The position numbers were made by a program, and so were the translations under genes. A DNA stretch of 64,000 nt. It comes from Polyangiales bacterium. Its GTDB lineage: Bacteria; Myxococcota_A; Polyangia; Polyangiales; Polyangiaceae. This document shows positions 39,729 to 51,355 of the stretch, piece by piece. Location: the NCBI GenBank assembly GCA_038230375.1, contig JBBRNJ010000029.1:30026-94025 (forward strand), written 5' to 3'. Position 1 is the first letter of the stretch. The number at the start of each line of letters is the position of its first letter. The notes beneath the pieces are model-generated. The model worked only from the letters and a program-made list of their open reading frames with translations. It did not search any database and had not been told where the DNA came from.

Positions 39729-41447
39729 GTGGCGTTCTCCCCCGGCGACATCATCGACGAGAAGTACCGCATCGTTCGCCTCATCGGCGAAGGCGGCATG
39801 GGGTACGTGTACGAAGGGATGAACCTGCGCATCAAGCGCCGGGTCGCCATCAAGGTGCTCAACTCGGACGTCGCGGCATCCGCGGACATGAAGCGCCGCT
39901 TCGAGCGCGAGGCGCAGGTCGCTGCGAAGATCGGCTCGCCTCACATCTGCGACGTGCTCGACCTGGGCGACCTCCCGAGCGGCGAGTCGTACCTGGTGAT
40001 GGAGTTCCTCGAGGGCGAGGGCCTGGATACGCGCATCGAGCGAAGCCTCGACAATCGCGTCCCCACCGAGCAGCTCTCCATCCTCACATTCCAGATGCTC
40101 GAAGGCCTGGCCGCCATGCACGAGGCCGGCATCATCCACCGCGACATCAAGCCAGCGAACGCGTTCATCGCACGCAGCTCCACCAGCCTGGGCGCGCGTG
40201 AGGTGGTGAAGCTCCTGGACTTTGGCATCTCCAAGTTCCAGAACGACGAGGCCGCGAAGCACGTGACCCAGACCGGCGCGCTGCTCGGCACGCCCGTCTA
40301 CATGTCGCCCGAGCAGGCTCGAGGCGAGCGCACGGTGGACCACCGCAGCGACATCTACTCCGTCGGCGTCATCCTCTACCGCGCGATCACTGGGCGCCTC
40401 CCGTTCGAGGGCGACAACTTCCAGCAGCTGCTCTTCAAGATCGCGCTCGAGGAGGCGCCGTCACTCGCGGAGCTCGCTCCCGAAGTGGATGAAGGCTTCC
40501 GCAAGCTCGTCGACAAGGCGATGGCCAAGTCGCCCGACGATCGGTTCGCCTCGGCGCGTGACTTCCAGCAGGCGCTCGCGGAATGGGATCGCGCGCAAGG
40601 CCGGACGAGCCTGCAATTCCGCGCGGCCATCCAGGCTGGTGCGCTCAGCACGGAGGTGATCTCGGCGGCTGCGAAGATCACCTCGACCGGAGCAACCGCC
40701 CCGTCGCGCAAGCCAGGGCTGGACGAGAAGAGCGCACCGGTCGCGTGGGGCAAGCCGTCCGCGCCTGACCTGAAGGCTGATCCCTCCCGGCCCCCCGGCG
40801 GCATGGCGGAGGCAAAGACACCTCCTCCCGCCACTGGCAGTGACGCGACACTGGTGGACGCCGCGCTGCTCTCACAGCGCAAGCCGGAGGCAGCAGGCAC
40901 GTCAGCTGCCGCGACCGACGCCGGACACGTTGGCGGAGACGACGCATCGAAGGCAAACGCGAACGTCGCAGCAGGCGCCGCGGCCGAACGTGGCCCCACG
41001 CCGAAGAAGAAGAACTTGATGCCGGTGTTCGCGATCGCGGCCGTCGTCGCGCTCGTCGGTTCAGTTGTAGTCTACAAGCAACTCGGCAAACCCACGGATG
41101 CAAGCGCCAACACAGGTGCGGTCGGCAGCGCGGGCCTCGTGGGCGCGATCCAGCCGGCCACGAACGCGGCCCAGGCGAGCCCCACGACTCCGGCAACGCC
41201 CGACCCCATCACGCCTCAGATCGGCCTCACGCCGAGCGGCCTGCCTTCTGCGTCGGTCTCCAGCGTCACGTCGACGACCGCGATCGCGCAAGCGCACGCG
41301 CAGAAGACCACCAATCAAGCGCGCCCCAACGTCGCCATCCCCGTCACGGCAACGCCCGTGGTGAGCGCGACCGCGGCGGCAGCGGTGCCAGCCACGCCTA
41401 GCGCAGACCCTGCGAAGACCGGCCGCAAGATCCGCACCGAGCTGTAG
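39729..41447 (+). CDS. membrane Ser/Thr protein kinase
   Basis: GEGGMG, HRDIKPAN, DFG, GTPVYMSPE, TM helix, Ala/Thr-rich tail; AGGAG SD. Confidence 0.93.
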   Translation: MAFSPGDIIDEKYRIVRLIGEGGMGYVYEGMNLRIKRRVAIKVLNSDVAASADMKRRFEREAQVAAKIGSPHICDVLDLGDLPSGESYLVMEFLEGEGLDTRIERSLDNRVPTEQLSILTFQMLEGLAAMHEAGIIHRDIKPANAFIARSSTSLGAREVVKLLDFGISKFQNDEAAKHVTQTGALLGTPVYMSPEQARGERTVDHRSDIYSVGVILYRAITGRLPFEGDNFQQLLFKIALEEAPSLAELAPEVDEGFRKLVDKAMAKSPDDRFASARDFQQALAEWDRAQGRTSLQFRAAIQAGALSTEVISAAAKITSTGATAPSRKPGLDEKSAPVAWGKPSAPDLKADPSRPPGGMAEAKTPPPATGSDATLVDAALLSQRKPEAAGTSAAATDAGHVGGDDASKANANVAAGAAAERGPTPKKKNLMPVFAIAAVVALVGSVVVYKQLGKPTDASANTGAVGSAGLVGAIQPATNAAQASPTTPATPDPITPQIGLTPSGLPSASVSSVTSTTAIAQAHAQKTTNQARPNVAIPVTATPVVSATAAAAVPATPSADPAKTGRKIRTEL

Positions 41448-41464
41448 TCGCCTCTGGCCGTGAT

Positions 41465-42919
41465 TCAGCCGCCGCCGGGGGTGACTGCGGTGATCCGCAG
41501 GGTGCCCGGTGCGGGGAGCGCGGGGGACTGGATGTTGGAGAACGAGCCGACCGGCACGCGTGTGAGACCGAACGCACCGGCCTGCTGGCGGACCACATCG
41601 TAGCTCGCGATGAGGTCGCTCTCGAAGAACGCGACGTTCGGCGTGCCGAGCACCGATGCGGCGGAAGGTTGGAACGCGGCGAGCTGCGCAGGCAGCTGCG
41701 GCGCCGTGACCGAGAGTGTTCCTGGCGGCACGATGAACGTCCATTCGACGTTCTCGTTGCCACCACCATCCACGGGTTGCAGGAACGAGATGTCCACCAC
41801 ACCGCTGTCGGTACCAGCAAGCGATGCGGTCGCCGTCCAGGAGATCACCGGGCGCGCACTCGCTTGCGACGTCACGGGCGCGGTGAGTCCCGGGAGAAGG
41901 CCCGCGCTGAGATCGAGCGCCTGGGTGGCGACGCCGCTCGCGATGCGCTTTGCGAAGGTGGTGGTCTGCGAGTAGCCGCCAGCGATGAAGCTTGTGAACT
42001 GGACCTCGCCCTGGAATGCATCCGGATAGCCCGTGGCCGTGGTGAAGTTCGCGGTGCCGGCGCCCGCCATGAGCGAGAACGCGTTGTCTGGTGACGTCGC
42101 GTACGACTGGTTGTTCGCGATCTGACCGAGCACGGCGTTCGCGTTACCGCCGTTCGGCGCGTTCGAGACGTCCATGGTGAACGCAGTGCCAAGGGTCCAT
42201 GCGGAGAGCCCGGACACGTTCGTGGTGCCGGAGGCAGCAAGCGCGTTCGCCTTCTTGAAGCTGTAGTAGTTGCCGCCCTGATAGAGCTGCGAGAGGATCG
42301 GGAACGTGGCGCCCGAGATGCAGTCGGGGGTGAGGCTGATGCCCACCACGCTTCCGGTGGAGAGCGCATTGGTGGAGCAGTTGAGATTGCCTGCGACGAT
42401 CGTGTCTCCGCCACCGCCGCCGAACACCGTCTGCGTGATGGAGAGGTCACGCGTGATGCGCTCCGCGACGTTGATCACGTCGCCCGGCTTCACGCCCAGG
42501 TAGGTGATCAGCTGCCGCGAGCCTGCCGCACCGAGCGCCACCGTCAGCTGGCTGCCCGCCGCGACCGTGTTCGTGGCCTTGCCATCGGCGCCGGTGACGA
42601 CGGTACCCACCAGTGTTCCCGCTGCGTCCTCGAACACCACCGTGACGCCAACGTCGGGCGCTCCGCCCTTCGTGACGATCACCGTGGCGGTGGTGGGCGG
42701 ACCCGCGTCCTGACCGGCATCTTGCCCGGAGTCTGGTGCAGGAACGTAGTTGTCGGGCAGGCCAGCGTCGTCGGCGGGAAGCACCGAGCCGTCGCCCTGG
42801 CCCGTGGTCCCGTCGCTGCCACCATCCTTCGAGGCATCGTTGTTTCCGTCATCACACGCCACGAACGGAAGGAGCGAGAGGACGGACGCGACGAAGACGA
42901 GGGTGGAACGATGCTTCAT
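41465..42919 (-). CDS. hypothetical lipoprotein (beta-rich)
   Basis: FVAC lipobox, DAG/DGG linker. Confidence 0.7.
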   Translation of the reverse strand: MKHRSTLVFVASVLSLLPFVACDDGNNDASKDGGSDGTTGQGDGSVLPADDAGLPDNYVPAPDSGQDAGQDAGPPTTATVIVTKGGAPDVGVTVVFEDAAGTLVGTVVTGADGKATNTVAAGSQLTVALGAAGSRQLITYLGVKPGDVINVAERITRDLSITQTVFGGGGGDTIVAGNLNCSTNALSTGSVVGISLTPDCISGATFPILSQLYQGGNYYSFKKANALAASGTTNVSGLSAWTLGTAFTMDVSNAPNGGNANAVLGQIANNQSYATSPDNAFSLMAGAGTANFTTATGYPDAFQGEVQFTSFIAGGYSQTTTFAKRIASGVATQALDLSAGLLPGLTAPVTSQASARPVISWTATASLAGTDSGVVDISFLQPVDGGGNENVEWTFIVPPGTLSVTAPQLPAQLAAFQPSAASVLGTPNVAFFESDLIASYDVVRQQAGAFGLTRVPVGSFSNIQSPALPAPGTLRITAVTPGGG

Positions 42920-43048
42920 GGGATCTCAACAATCCCCTTATTTTCAGCCTCATTCAAACCATTTCGTCGCTGTCCCCCCATTTGGGGGACAGGAGTTCAT
43001 GTCAGGCACGCGGCAGGTCTGGGTCCCCACGTGTTAAGCTCTCCGTGC

Positions 43049-44418
<1,370 letters not shown>

Positions 44419-44422
<4 letters not shown>

Positions 44423-46044
44423 CACGGCGAGCGTGGTGGCGCGTGCTCAGGCTCGAGTTCCAGCTCGACAGCCTGCTCGTGTGGTGCGCCTCCGCAGCCG
44501 TGGCTGCATGGAGCGGCAGATCCGTGCATCTTGCATGGTTCGTCGCAGGCACCTTGATGCTCGTCCTGTCGCAGGCTGCGCTGGAGCTCGCAGACGGCTA
44601 CTACGACTTCGTGCAGGGAGCGCACAAACGCAAGGACGGCGCCCAGACATGGACCGGCGGGAGCGGCGCGCTGGCAGAGGGCGCGTTGCAACCGCATGCC
44701 GTGAAACATGCTGCATTTGCGATCGGCGCGCTCGCGACTGTGCTCTTCGCGTGGATCACGTACGTGTGGACACGTGAGGGTGGGCTCGTCGTTGGCGTTG
44801 TCGGCGCCGTGTGTGGAGCGTTCTGGTCCATGCCGCCGCTGCGCCTCTCGTATCGTGGCCTGGGCGAGGTGCTGCAAGGGCTCGTGATGGGTCCGTTGAT
44901 GGCGGCAGAGGCGTGGGTGGTGGCCACGGGTCAGCTGGATGCGCGTGCGTTTGCCGTGGGCATTCCGTTCGGCCTTCTGGAGCTCGCCATGGGGCTCTCG
45001 CACAACATCGTGGATCGCGAGGACGATGCGCGGGCGGGCAAGCGCACGCTGGTCGTGAAGATCGGCGCCGGCCCTGCGGCGTGGATCGCCGTGGTTGCGG
45101 TCGCTGCGGCCGTTGTCTCCCTGGTGCTGCTCGCGGGGCTCGGCGTGTTGCCACGCGGCGCAGGTCTTGTCGCGCTCGTGGTGCTGCCGCTCGCGGTACA
45201 TGCAGGTCGCCTCACGGTGCGTGCTGCCACGGATGCGCGGGCGCGGGCCACGATGGGGCGCACGTTCCCTATGTTCCACGTGCTCGTCCTGGCCGCAGGT
45301 GGAACGCTCGCTGCGTCGCTGCCCGCGGCATGGGCGACCGGGCGTCTGGTGCTGCTGGTGCTCGTGGTGTTCGGGCTGGTGCCTACGATCGCGGCGCTCC
45401 GGAAGGTTTCGTGGCCCAGCGTGTACGACGTGGGCGCGCCCTTCTACGATCTCGTCTCTCGACTGCTCTTCTTCGAGAACCGCGTGCGCGGCGAGGCGAT
45501 CCTCGCGCTCAAGGACAGTGGCTCCGCGAACGGTACAGAGACCAGGACCGTGCTCGACCTTGGGTGTGGGACGGGCTTCCATTTCTCACTGTTGGGACGC
45601 GCGCTGCCCGGGGCGCGCGTGGTTGGTGTGGACCCCAGCGGCCGTTCACTTGCCGTCGCAGCGCGCAGCGCACGGCGCGCGGGCCTCACCTTCGTCGCGG
45701 TGGAGGGCGACGGCGCGGAGGCACCGCTACCCGACACGCGCCCGGATGCGGTGATCTGTTCGTTCGCGCTCAGCGTGATGCCGCACTGGCGCGAGGCCAG
45801 CGCGCGCGCCGCGAGCCTTCTGCAAGAGGGCGGGCGGTTCGTGGTGCTGGAGCAGGAGATCGAGCGACGCGGGGCCTGGGCATGGCTTCGTCCCTTCTAT
45901 GTCAGCGTGAACCGCGTGTTGCTCGGGGCCGCGCTCGATCGCGACTACGCGGCGGAGCTCCAGCGCCTGGGCCTCACGGTGGAGAAGCGGCGACGTGGTG
46001 CATACGTCATCATCGTGGGCGTGAAGCCATCACCAGGTGAGTGA
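44419..46044 (+). CDS. UbiA/MenA-like prenyltransferase fused to class I SAM methyltransferase
   Basis: ADGYYD, YRGLGE, HNIVDREDDARAGKRTL; then APFYD, VLDLGCGTG, GVDPS; GTGA overlap with kinase. Confidence 0.8.
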
Positions 46045-46422
46045 CGGCGGAAGGTCGTCCTTCATGTTGACGATCATCTCGCGGCTGCGCGGCCCATTCG
46101 TGCCACCCTGGCGGAAGCGGACGCGCATGAGGCTCTCCTGGATGCAGGTCGCTGCCTTTGGCGTGAGCACGGCAGACGTCGCGCGCACGTAGCGAGGCTC
46201 TCCGCGGTCATTCACGTCGATCGAGATCGCCACGGTCACCTCGTGGGCGGGGTTCGCGCCAGGGGCTTCCAGCTTGAGGCACTCGGTGGCGATGCCCACC
46301 CGCGCGTTCCGCAGGGCAACGTCCAGCTCCTCGTCCGTGAGCGGCCTTTCCTTGCAGGATACACACAATAGCGCGAGGCCAGAGGCCAGGAGCAGGTTCA
46401 TCGGTAGAATCGCCGGCCGCAC
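46030..46422 (-). CDS. small lipoprotein, TonB-C/AgmX C-terminal-like
   Basis: CVSC lipobox; IDVNDRGEPRYV...TCI pattern. Confidence 0.5.
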   Translation of the reverse strand: MRPAILPMNLLLASGLALLCVSCKERPLTDEELDVALRNARVGIATECLKLEAPGANPAHEVTVAISIDVNDRGEPRYVRATSAVLTPKAATCIQESLMRVRFRQGGTNGPRSREMIVNMKDDLPPSLTW

Positions 46423-46501
46423 GCGACGTTTCTATCACGGCGAACCGCGATTGCGGGCCTCCGGGGGTCTTGGTAGGGTGAGGCTCGGATTTGGAGAGAT
46501 C

Positions 46502-47041
46502 ATGAGCGACACCGTCGACGTCAAGTACCTGGACATCTTCCCCAACTGGCTGCGCTCGCTCGGAGACGACGCGCGCGCGCTCTCCGGCGTCGTGGGCGGT
46601 GCGGGCTCGGAGGAGTCGCGCAAGTATGCCGCCGCCGGCCTCAACTACATCTTCAAGTCGCTGGACCTCATCCCCGACGGCGTGGACGACCTTGGCTTCT
46701 GCGACGACGCGTTCGTGCTTCGCGTGGCAGCGAGCCTCGCATGCGAGGGCGACGACGCCGCAAAGTCAGGCCCGCTCGGAAAGCTCGGAGAGGATGTCGC
46801 GGACGTGAAGGCGTTCCTCGGTGACGAGGTCTACGGGCAGCTCGAGACCTACGTGAAGAACCTCCGCAAGGGCGCTGCGCGCGGCCGGACCGTGGACGAC
46901 ATCCTCGGTGACGACAGCATGCGCTCCACGTTCCTGCACGAGGTCGCTGCCTGGGCGGACGGCTATCAGGTCCCTTCCTTCACGCGCGACACCAAGACTC
47001 TGATCAAGCTGAAGTCCTTCCTGCGCGCCAAGCTCGCTTAG
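46502..47041 (+). CDS. DUF1232/YkvA family protein
   Basis: YIFKSLDLIPDGVDDLGFCDD signature; GGAG SD. Confidence 0.8.
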   Translation: MSDTVDVKYLDIFPNWLRSLGDDARALSGVVGGAGSEESRKYAAAGLNYIFKSLDLIPDGVDDLGFCDDAFVLRVAASLACEGDDAAKSGPLGKLGEDVADVKAFLGDEVYGQLETYVKNLRKGAARGRTVDDILGDDSMRSTFLHEVAAWADGYQVPSFTRDTKTLIKLKSFLRAKLA

Positions 47042-47170
47042 AGGCACGCGCCTCGGGAGCACCCAGGACCTCGGACGGCGTCGGAAATATTCTTCCGGTT
47101 GGCCCGCGACGACGCGCGCTGATTTTCCGATCGTCTTGCCGATTGACCCTGATTTGCAGGGTTTCGCGCG

Positions 47171-47186
47171 TGGCTCGAAGGTTGCT
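47171..47186 (+). promoter_or_regulatory. sigma54 -24/-12 promoter
   Basis: TGGCTCG-AAGG-TTGCT versus consensus TGGCACG-N4-TTGCW; 13 nt before ATG 47199. Confidence 0.6.
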
Positions 47187-47198
47187 CGTCGGCGCGAC

Positions 47199-48599
47199 AT
47201 GCGCGCAGGTTTGCTTGTCTCCGGTCTTGGCTCGTTGCTCACCGTCTTTGCGTTTGCGTGTGGCAGCGGCGGCGGAAGCGTCGACGGCAGCGGCGCGGGC
47301 GGCGACGGCACGGGAGCTGGGAACGGCGCAGGTACCGGCGGTGGTGACGGCGGAGGTGGTGGCGGCAACGCTGGCGACGGCGGAGGCACGAGCGGCGGAG
47401 GCGGAGGCGGCAACGCGAACGACGGCGGCAAGGGCGGCGGCGGCGACGGCGGGACCGGCGGAGGCTCTGACAGCGGCAAGGGGGGAGGCGGTGATGGCGG
47501 CGGCGCCGTTGACGGTGGCGGTGGTGGCGGTGGCTCGGACGGTGGTGGAGTCGTAGGCGGCGGGCTCATCTGCGGCGCGCGTCACTGGGCGCAGGCGGTG
47601 CCCGCGTCCGGCAACGGCATCCTGGCGTACCACGGCAAGGCGTGGGTGTTCGGCAGCACCGGAACGGCGTGGACCGTGGTGCAGGCCGGCGGCGCGGTGA
47701 CGCAGGCGATCCCGTTGCCTGCGGGCGTCATCAGCATGCAGAGCGTGAGCGCGGAGATCGCGCCCACGGGCAGGCCGCTTCTCTCCTTCTACGACAGCAC
47801 GTCAACGTCCTACTTTGCAGGCTTCTGGAACGGCACATCGTTCGTGAGCACGACAAAGCTGGCCACGCAGCCCGGCTACGGCATGCGTGTGCACGCGGAT
47901 GCGATGGAGCGCATCTACGAGCTCGATTGGCAGAACGTCCTCAGCGAATACCCGCAAGGCGGTGGCGCGCCCATCGTTCGCGGCGCGCTGCCCGTGAAGA
48001 TGATTGCGTGGAACGTGGGCATGGACGGCACCGTGTACGTCATGCACCAGGTCGATCGCCCGTCCGTCATTCATCCCGGTGACACGGCGAACGACCTCAT
48101 GATGATGCACCTGCCGCACGGCTCGCTCACGTGGTCGGGCGACACACTCGTCATGTCGAACGAAGGCTGGGGCTACTCCACGGGCGTGAGCTTCGTGGTC
48201 GCGCAGGACGGCTCGTTCCACGCCGCGTATCCGCTGAAGTACGGCAGCTACTACTATCGCTCGAAGGACGGCGTGACCTTCGCGTCCGCAGATCCATGGG
48301 ACATCGTGTCGAAGGCGACGATGGTGGACCCACCGCCGCAGGGGGTCACCGGGCTCGACAGCGTGAGCGGCAGCGGCATCGCGCTCCTTGCGGTGACGGA
48401 CTACGACCACGCGGTCATCGTCGGCGGGAACGGCTCGAGCGACTTCGTGATGCGCAACTGCGCGCCGTATGTCGGCATCAACAACACGTGGCCAGGTGAT
48501 CGCTTCGCGCCGGGGCAGACCGCGCTCTTTGCCGCGGACGAGCACGCGATGGTCTCACTTCTGACAGCGACCGGCGTTCGTCAGGATGTGTCGCCGTGA
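47199..48599 (+). CDS. Gly-rich lipoprotein with beta-rich domain
   Basis: AFAC lipobox, ~100-aa Gly/Asp tract. Confidence 0.7.
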   Translation: MRAGLLVSGLGSLLTVFAFACGSGGGSVDGSGAGGDGTGAGNGAGTGGGDGGGGGGNAGDGGGTSGGGGGGNANDGGKGGGGDGGTGGGSDSGKGGGGDGGGAVDGGGGGGGSDGGGVVGGGLICGARHWAQAVPASGNGILAYHGKAWVFGSTGTAWTVVQAGGAVTQAIPLPAGVISMQSVSAEIAPTGRPLLSFYDSTSTSYFAGFWNGTSFVSTTKLATQPGYGMRVHADAMERIYELDWQNVLSEYPQGGGAPIVRGALPVKMIAWNVGMDGTVYVMHQVDRPSVIHPGDTANDLMMMHLPHGSLTWSGDTLVMSNEGWGYSTGVSFVVAQDGSFHAAYPLKYGSYYYRSKDGVTFASADPWDIVSKATMVDPPPQGVTGLDSVSGSGIALLAVTDYDHAVIVGGNGSSDFVMRNCAPYVGINNTWPGDRFAPGQTALFAADEHAMVSLLTATGVRQDVSP

Positions 48600-49984
48600 G
48601 CGCGGTGAGGACCATCACGGGGGTCTTCTTGGTCGCGGTGCTCGCGGCATGCGGCGGCGGTGGCGATGCAACGAGTGGCGGAGGCTCGGATGGACAAGGC
48701 GGCGGCGGCGCGGACGGTCAGGATGCGGGCGCCGGTGGAGGTGGGGGTCAAGGTGGAGGCGGAGGTGGAGGTCAAGGTGATGGGGGCGGCGGAGGTGGAG
48801 GAGGCGCGGATGGAGGCCACGGGGACGGCGGCTCGGGCTCCGACTCCGGTGGCCTGGTAGACGGCGGAGCGGGGGATCCGACGGGCGCGACGTTGCGCTC
48901 TTGCGACTCCATGATCGAGGTGTCGCCCACGCTTCCCACTGGCTACAACTGGAACCTGGGTGCGCTGATCCCTGGGCCGCTGCTTCTTTCGCGGGATCGC
49001 GCGCAGCTGTTTCTCGAGGGCTCGCAGCTGTGGACTGTTGCAGCTCATGGCGCGGCCAGCACGCAGAACGTGCCAGCGCAGATCTCGGGCGCTAGCGGCT
49101 TCGGCGCCTGGCGCGCCGTGTCTGGTGTGTGGGGCACCACGTTCACCGTTGGCGGCAAGGTGAGGGCCAGCATGTATGACGGGCTCGCGTTCGCGGCGCC
49201 GATGGACACGCCGTGCACCAGCGCCGGTGGCTCTTGCGAGGCGCGCGCTGCCGGCGACGGCCATCTGTGGCTGAACAACGGCGGGAACCTCTTCGAGCAG
49301 AGCGGCGCCACGTTCGAGAACCGCGGCGGTCCGCCCGTGACGCCATCGCTGTGGGACGTGAATGCAAGCGGCACGGTGATCGTGCTCGGACACGATCCGT
49401 TGCAGAATACATCTATCCTGGAGATCTGGACGCTGGCCGCGGGCGCCGGTGGCTGGACCAAGGTAGGCGCGCTGAAGACGACCGATGTGGCGGCAGCGAA
49501 CGCGGCGATCGAGGGCGGCTTCCAGCTGGGCGCCAAGGCACCGGGCGCGCTGGCGCCAGACGGCTCGATCCATCTGTGGTCGGACGCGCGATGCGTTGGC
49601 ACGGGGCAGCACAACAAGACGCAGGTGCATGTGCGCTCCAAGGACTGGGGTCAGACCTGGGACGTCTCGACCCTCCCCAGCGCGGACACCCTCACGGGCG
49701 GCCTGATGTCGTGGAGCGACTCTGCGTTCTTCGCGGGCAGCTACGACAACGTTCGCTGGGTCATGGTCGCATCGCCCCCGCCCACGTTCGATGGCTTTGC
49801 GTACAGCTACCCGAACCGCACGTACGACGTCATCGCGCGGTGCACCGACAAGCTCGGCGCGCCCACGTACATGCGCATCGCGAGCGAAGCTCTCCCCGGC
49901 TGGACGAGCCCCAGCTACGCGGGCTTCTCGGAGCGCGGGGTGGCAACCCTGCTCACCAGCGTGGGGCTCTCGCAGGTGTACTGA
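48596..49984 (+). CDS. Gly-rich lipoprotein, likely paralog of upstream gene
   Basis: LAAC lipobox, Gly tract, similar C-terminus (TLLTSVGLSQ vs SLLTATGVRQ); GTGA overlap. Confidence 0.7.
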   Translation: MSAVRTITGVFLVAVLAACGGGGDATSGGGSDGQGGGGADGQDAGAGGGGGQGGGGGGGQGDGGGGGGGGADGGHGDGGSGSDSGGLVDGGAGDPTGATLRSCDSMIEVSPTLPTGYNWNLGALIPGPLLLSRDRAQLFLEGSQLWTVAAHGAASTQNVPAQISGASGFGAWRAVSGVWGTTFTVGGKVRASMYDGLAFAAPMDTPCTSAGGSCEARAAGDGHLWLNNGGNLFEQSGATFENRGGPPVTPSLWDVNASGTVIVLGHDPLQNTSILEIWTLAAGAGGWTKVGALKTTDVAAANAAIEGGFQLGAKAPGALAPDGSIHLWSDARCVGTGQHNKTQVHVRSKDWGQTWDVSTLPSADTLTGGLMSWSDSAFFAGSYDNVRWVMVASPPPTFDGFAYSYPNRTYDVIARCTDKLGAPTYMRIASEALPGWTSPSYAGFSERGVATLLTSVGLSQVY

Positions 49985-50012
49985 GCGGCGAGAGAGGCGC
50001 TACATTCGTGGC

Positions 50013-51200
50013 GTGGCGACCTCGGACATCGTGATCGTGGGTGGTGGGATCCTTGGTGTGGCGTCGGCCCTGGAGCTGCGCACGCGCGGCGCAAGCGTGA
50101 CGGTGCTGGAGCCCGGGCCACTCCCCCACCCCGACGCCTCATCAACAGATATCAGCAAGCTCGTTCGCGCCGACTACGCGAAAGATGCATTCTACAGCGA
50201 TCTGATGGAGGACAGCTTCGAGGGCTTTCGCGCCTGGAACATGCTGTTCGGCGAGATGCTCTTCCACGAGACCGGGCTGCTCGTTCTGTGCAAGTCGGAG
50301 CTCGCGGAAGGCAGCTTCGAGGGCGACAGCTTCTCGTTGCTCTCGAAGCGCGACTATCCGCTGACGCGTCTTCGTGGCGGGGAGATCGCCGCACGCGTCC
50401 CGGCCATCCGCGACGGCGCGTACCAGGAGGCATACGTGAACGAGCGCGGCGGCTGGGCCGAGAGCGGCAAGCTGGTCGCACGGCTCGCGCAGGAGGCCAT
50501 CGCGAAGGGAGTGGTCATTCGCGAAGGCGTGGCGGTGCGCCCGCTCGGCAAGCCCTCCCGCGTTTTCAGCGAACCGAGCGAAGCGCGTCACGTGCTGACC
50601 CAGGCCAACGAGAAGATCGCGTTCGGCACCCTGATCGTCGCAGCTGGCGCATTCACGCCGGTGCTGTTGCCGGAGCTCGCCGATCGCATGACGCCCATTG
50701 GACAGTCCGTCTTCCATTTCGCGCCGAAGGCTCCTGCGCTCTTCACAGCACCGACGTTCCTGCCCTGGGCGGGCGACATCGCGCAGAGCGGGTTCTATGG
50801 CTTCCCGTTCCACGAGGGCGTGCTGAAGATCGCAAACCACGGCCGCGGGCTCGCCGTGGATCCGCGCGGACCCCGCGTGGTGCCGGCGGACAGGGAGGCG
50901 AAGTTCCGCGCGTTCCTGCGCGACGCGATGCCGGCTGCCGCGGACGCGCCAGTGGTGCGCACGCGCCTCTGCCTGTACTGCGACACGTTCGATGGAGACT
51001 TCTTCATCGACCATCATCCAGAGCGTCCCGGCGTGATGGTGGCCTCGGGAGGAAGCGGACACATGTTCAAGTTCGCGCCAGCGCTCGCGCGCCACGTGGC
51101 GGATCTGGCGGAAAACAAGCCGGATAGGAAGTTGTCAGCGCGGTTTGGATTTCGGGACAAGGGAGAGAAGAAGCTCGAGGCGGCGCGGGCGGACACGTAG
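50013..51200 (+). CDS. FAD-dependent amine oxidase (sarcosine/fructosyl-amine oxidase family)
   Basis: IVIVGGGILG, ASSTDISKLVRADY, CLYCDT.DGDFFID, SGHMFKF. Confidence 0.85.
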   Translation: MATSDIVIVGGGILGVASALELRTRGASVTVLEPGPLPHPDASSTDISKLVRADYAKDAFYSDLMEDSFEGFRAWNMLFGEMLFHETGLLVLCKSELAEGSFEGDSFSLLSKRDYPLTRLRGGEIAARVPAIRDGAYQEAYVNERGGWAESGKLVARLAQEAIAKGVVIREGVAVRPLGKPSRVFSEPSEARHVLTQANEKIAFGTLIVAAGAFTPVLLPELADRMTPIGQSVFHFAPKAPALFTAPTFLPWAGDIAQSGFYGFPFHEGVLKIANHGRGLAVDPRGPRVVPADREAKFRAFLRDAMPAAADAPVVRTRLCLYCDTFDGDFFIDHHPERPGVMVASGGSGHMFKFAPALARHVADLAENKPDRKLSARFGFRDKGEKKLEAARADT

Positions 51201-51203
51201 CGG

Positions 51204-51314
51204 ACGACGACGACGACGACGACCTAGACAACGACTTCGACTTCGACTTCGACCTCGACCTCGACCTCGACCTCGACCTCGACTTCGACTTCGACTTCGA
51301 CCTCGACCTCGACC
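51204..51314 (+). repeat. intergenic (CGA)n plus CGAC(T/C)T hexamer tandem repeat
   Basis: Run of CGA triplets then ~13 CGACTT/CGACCT units. Confidence 0.92.
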
Positions 51315-51355
51315 CTTCCCTTCACTGCCTCGGCCTTGGTGCTACAGTTCGTCCC

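Noticed and set aside
51204..51314. Possible CRISPR array
   Set aside because: Pure 3- and 6-nt tandem units, no unique spacers, no cas genes
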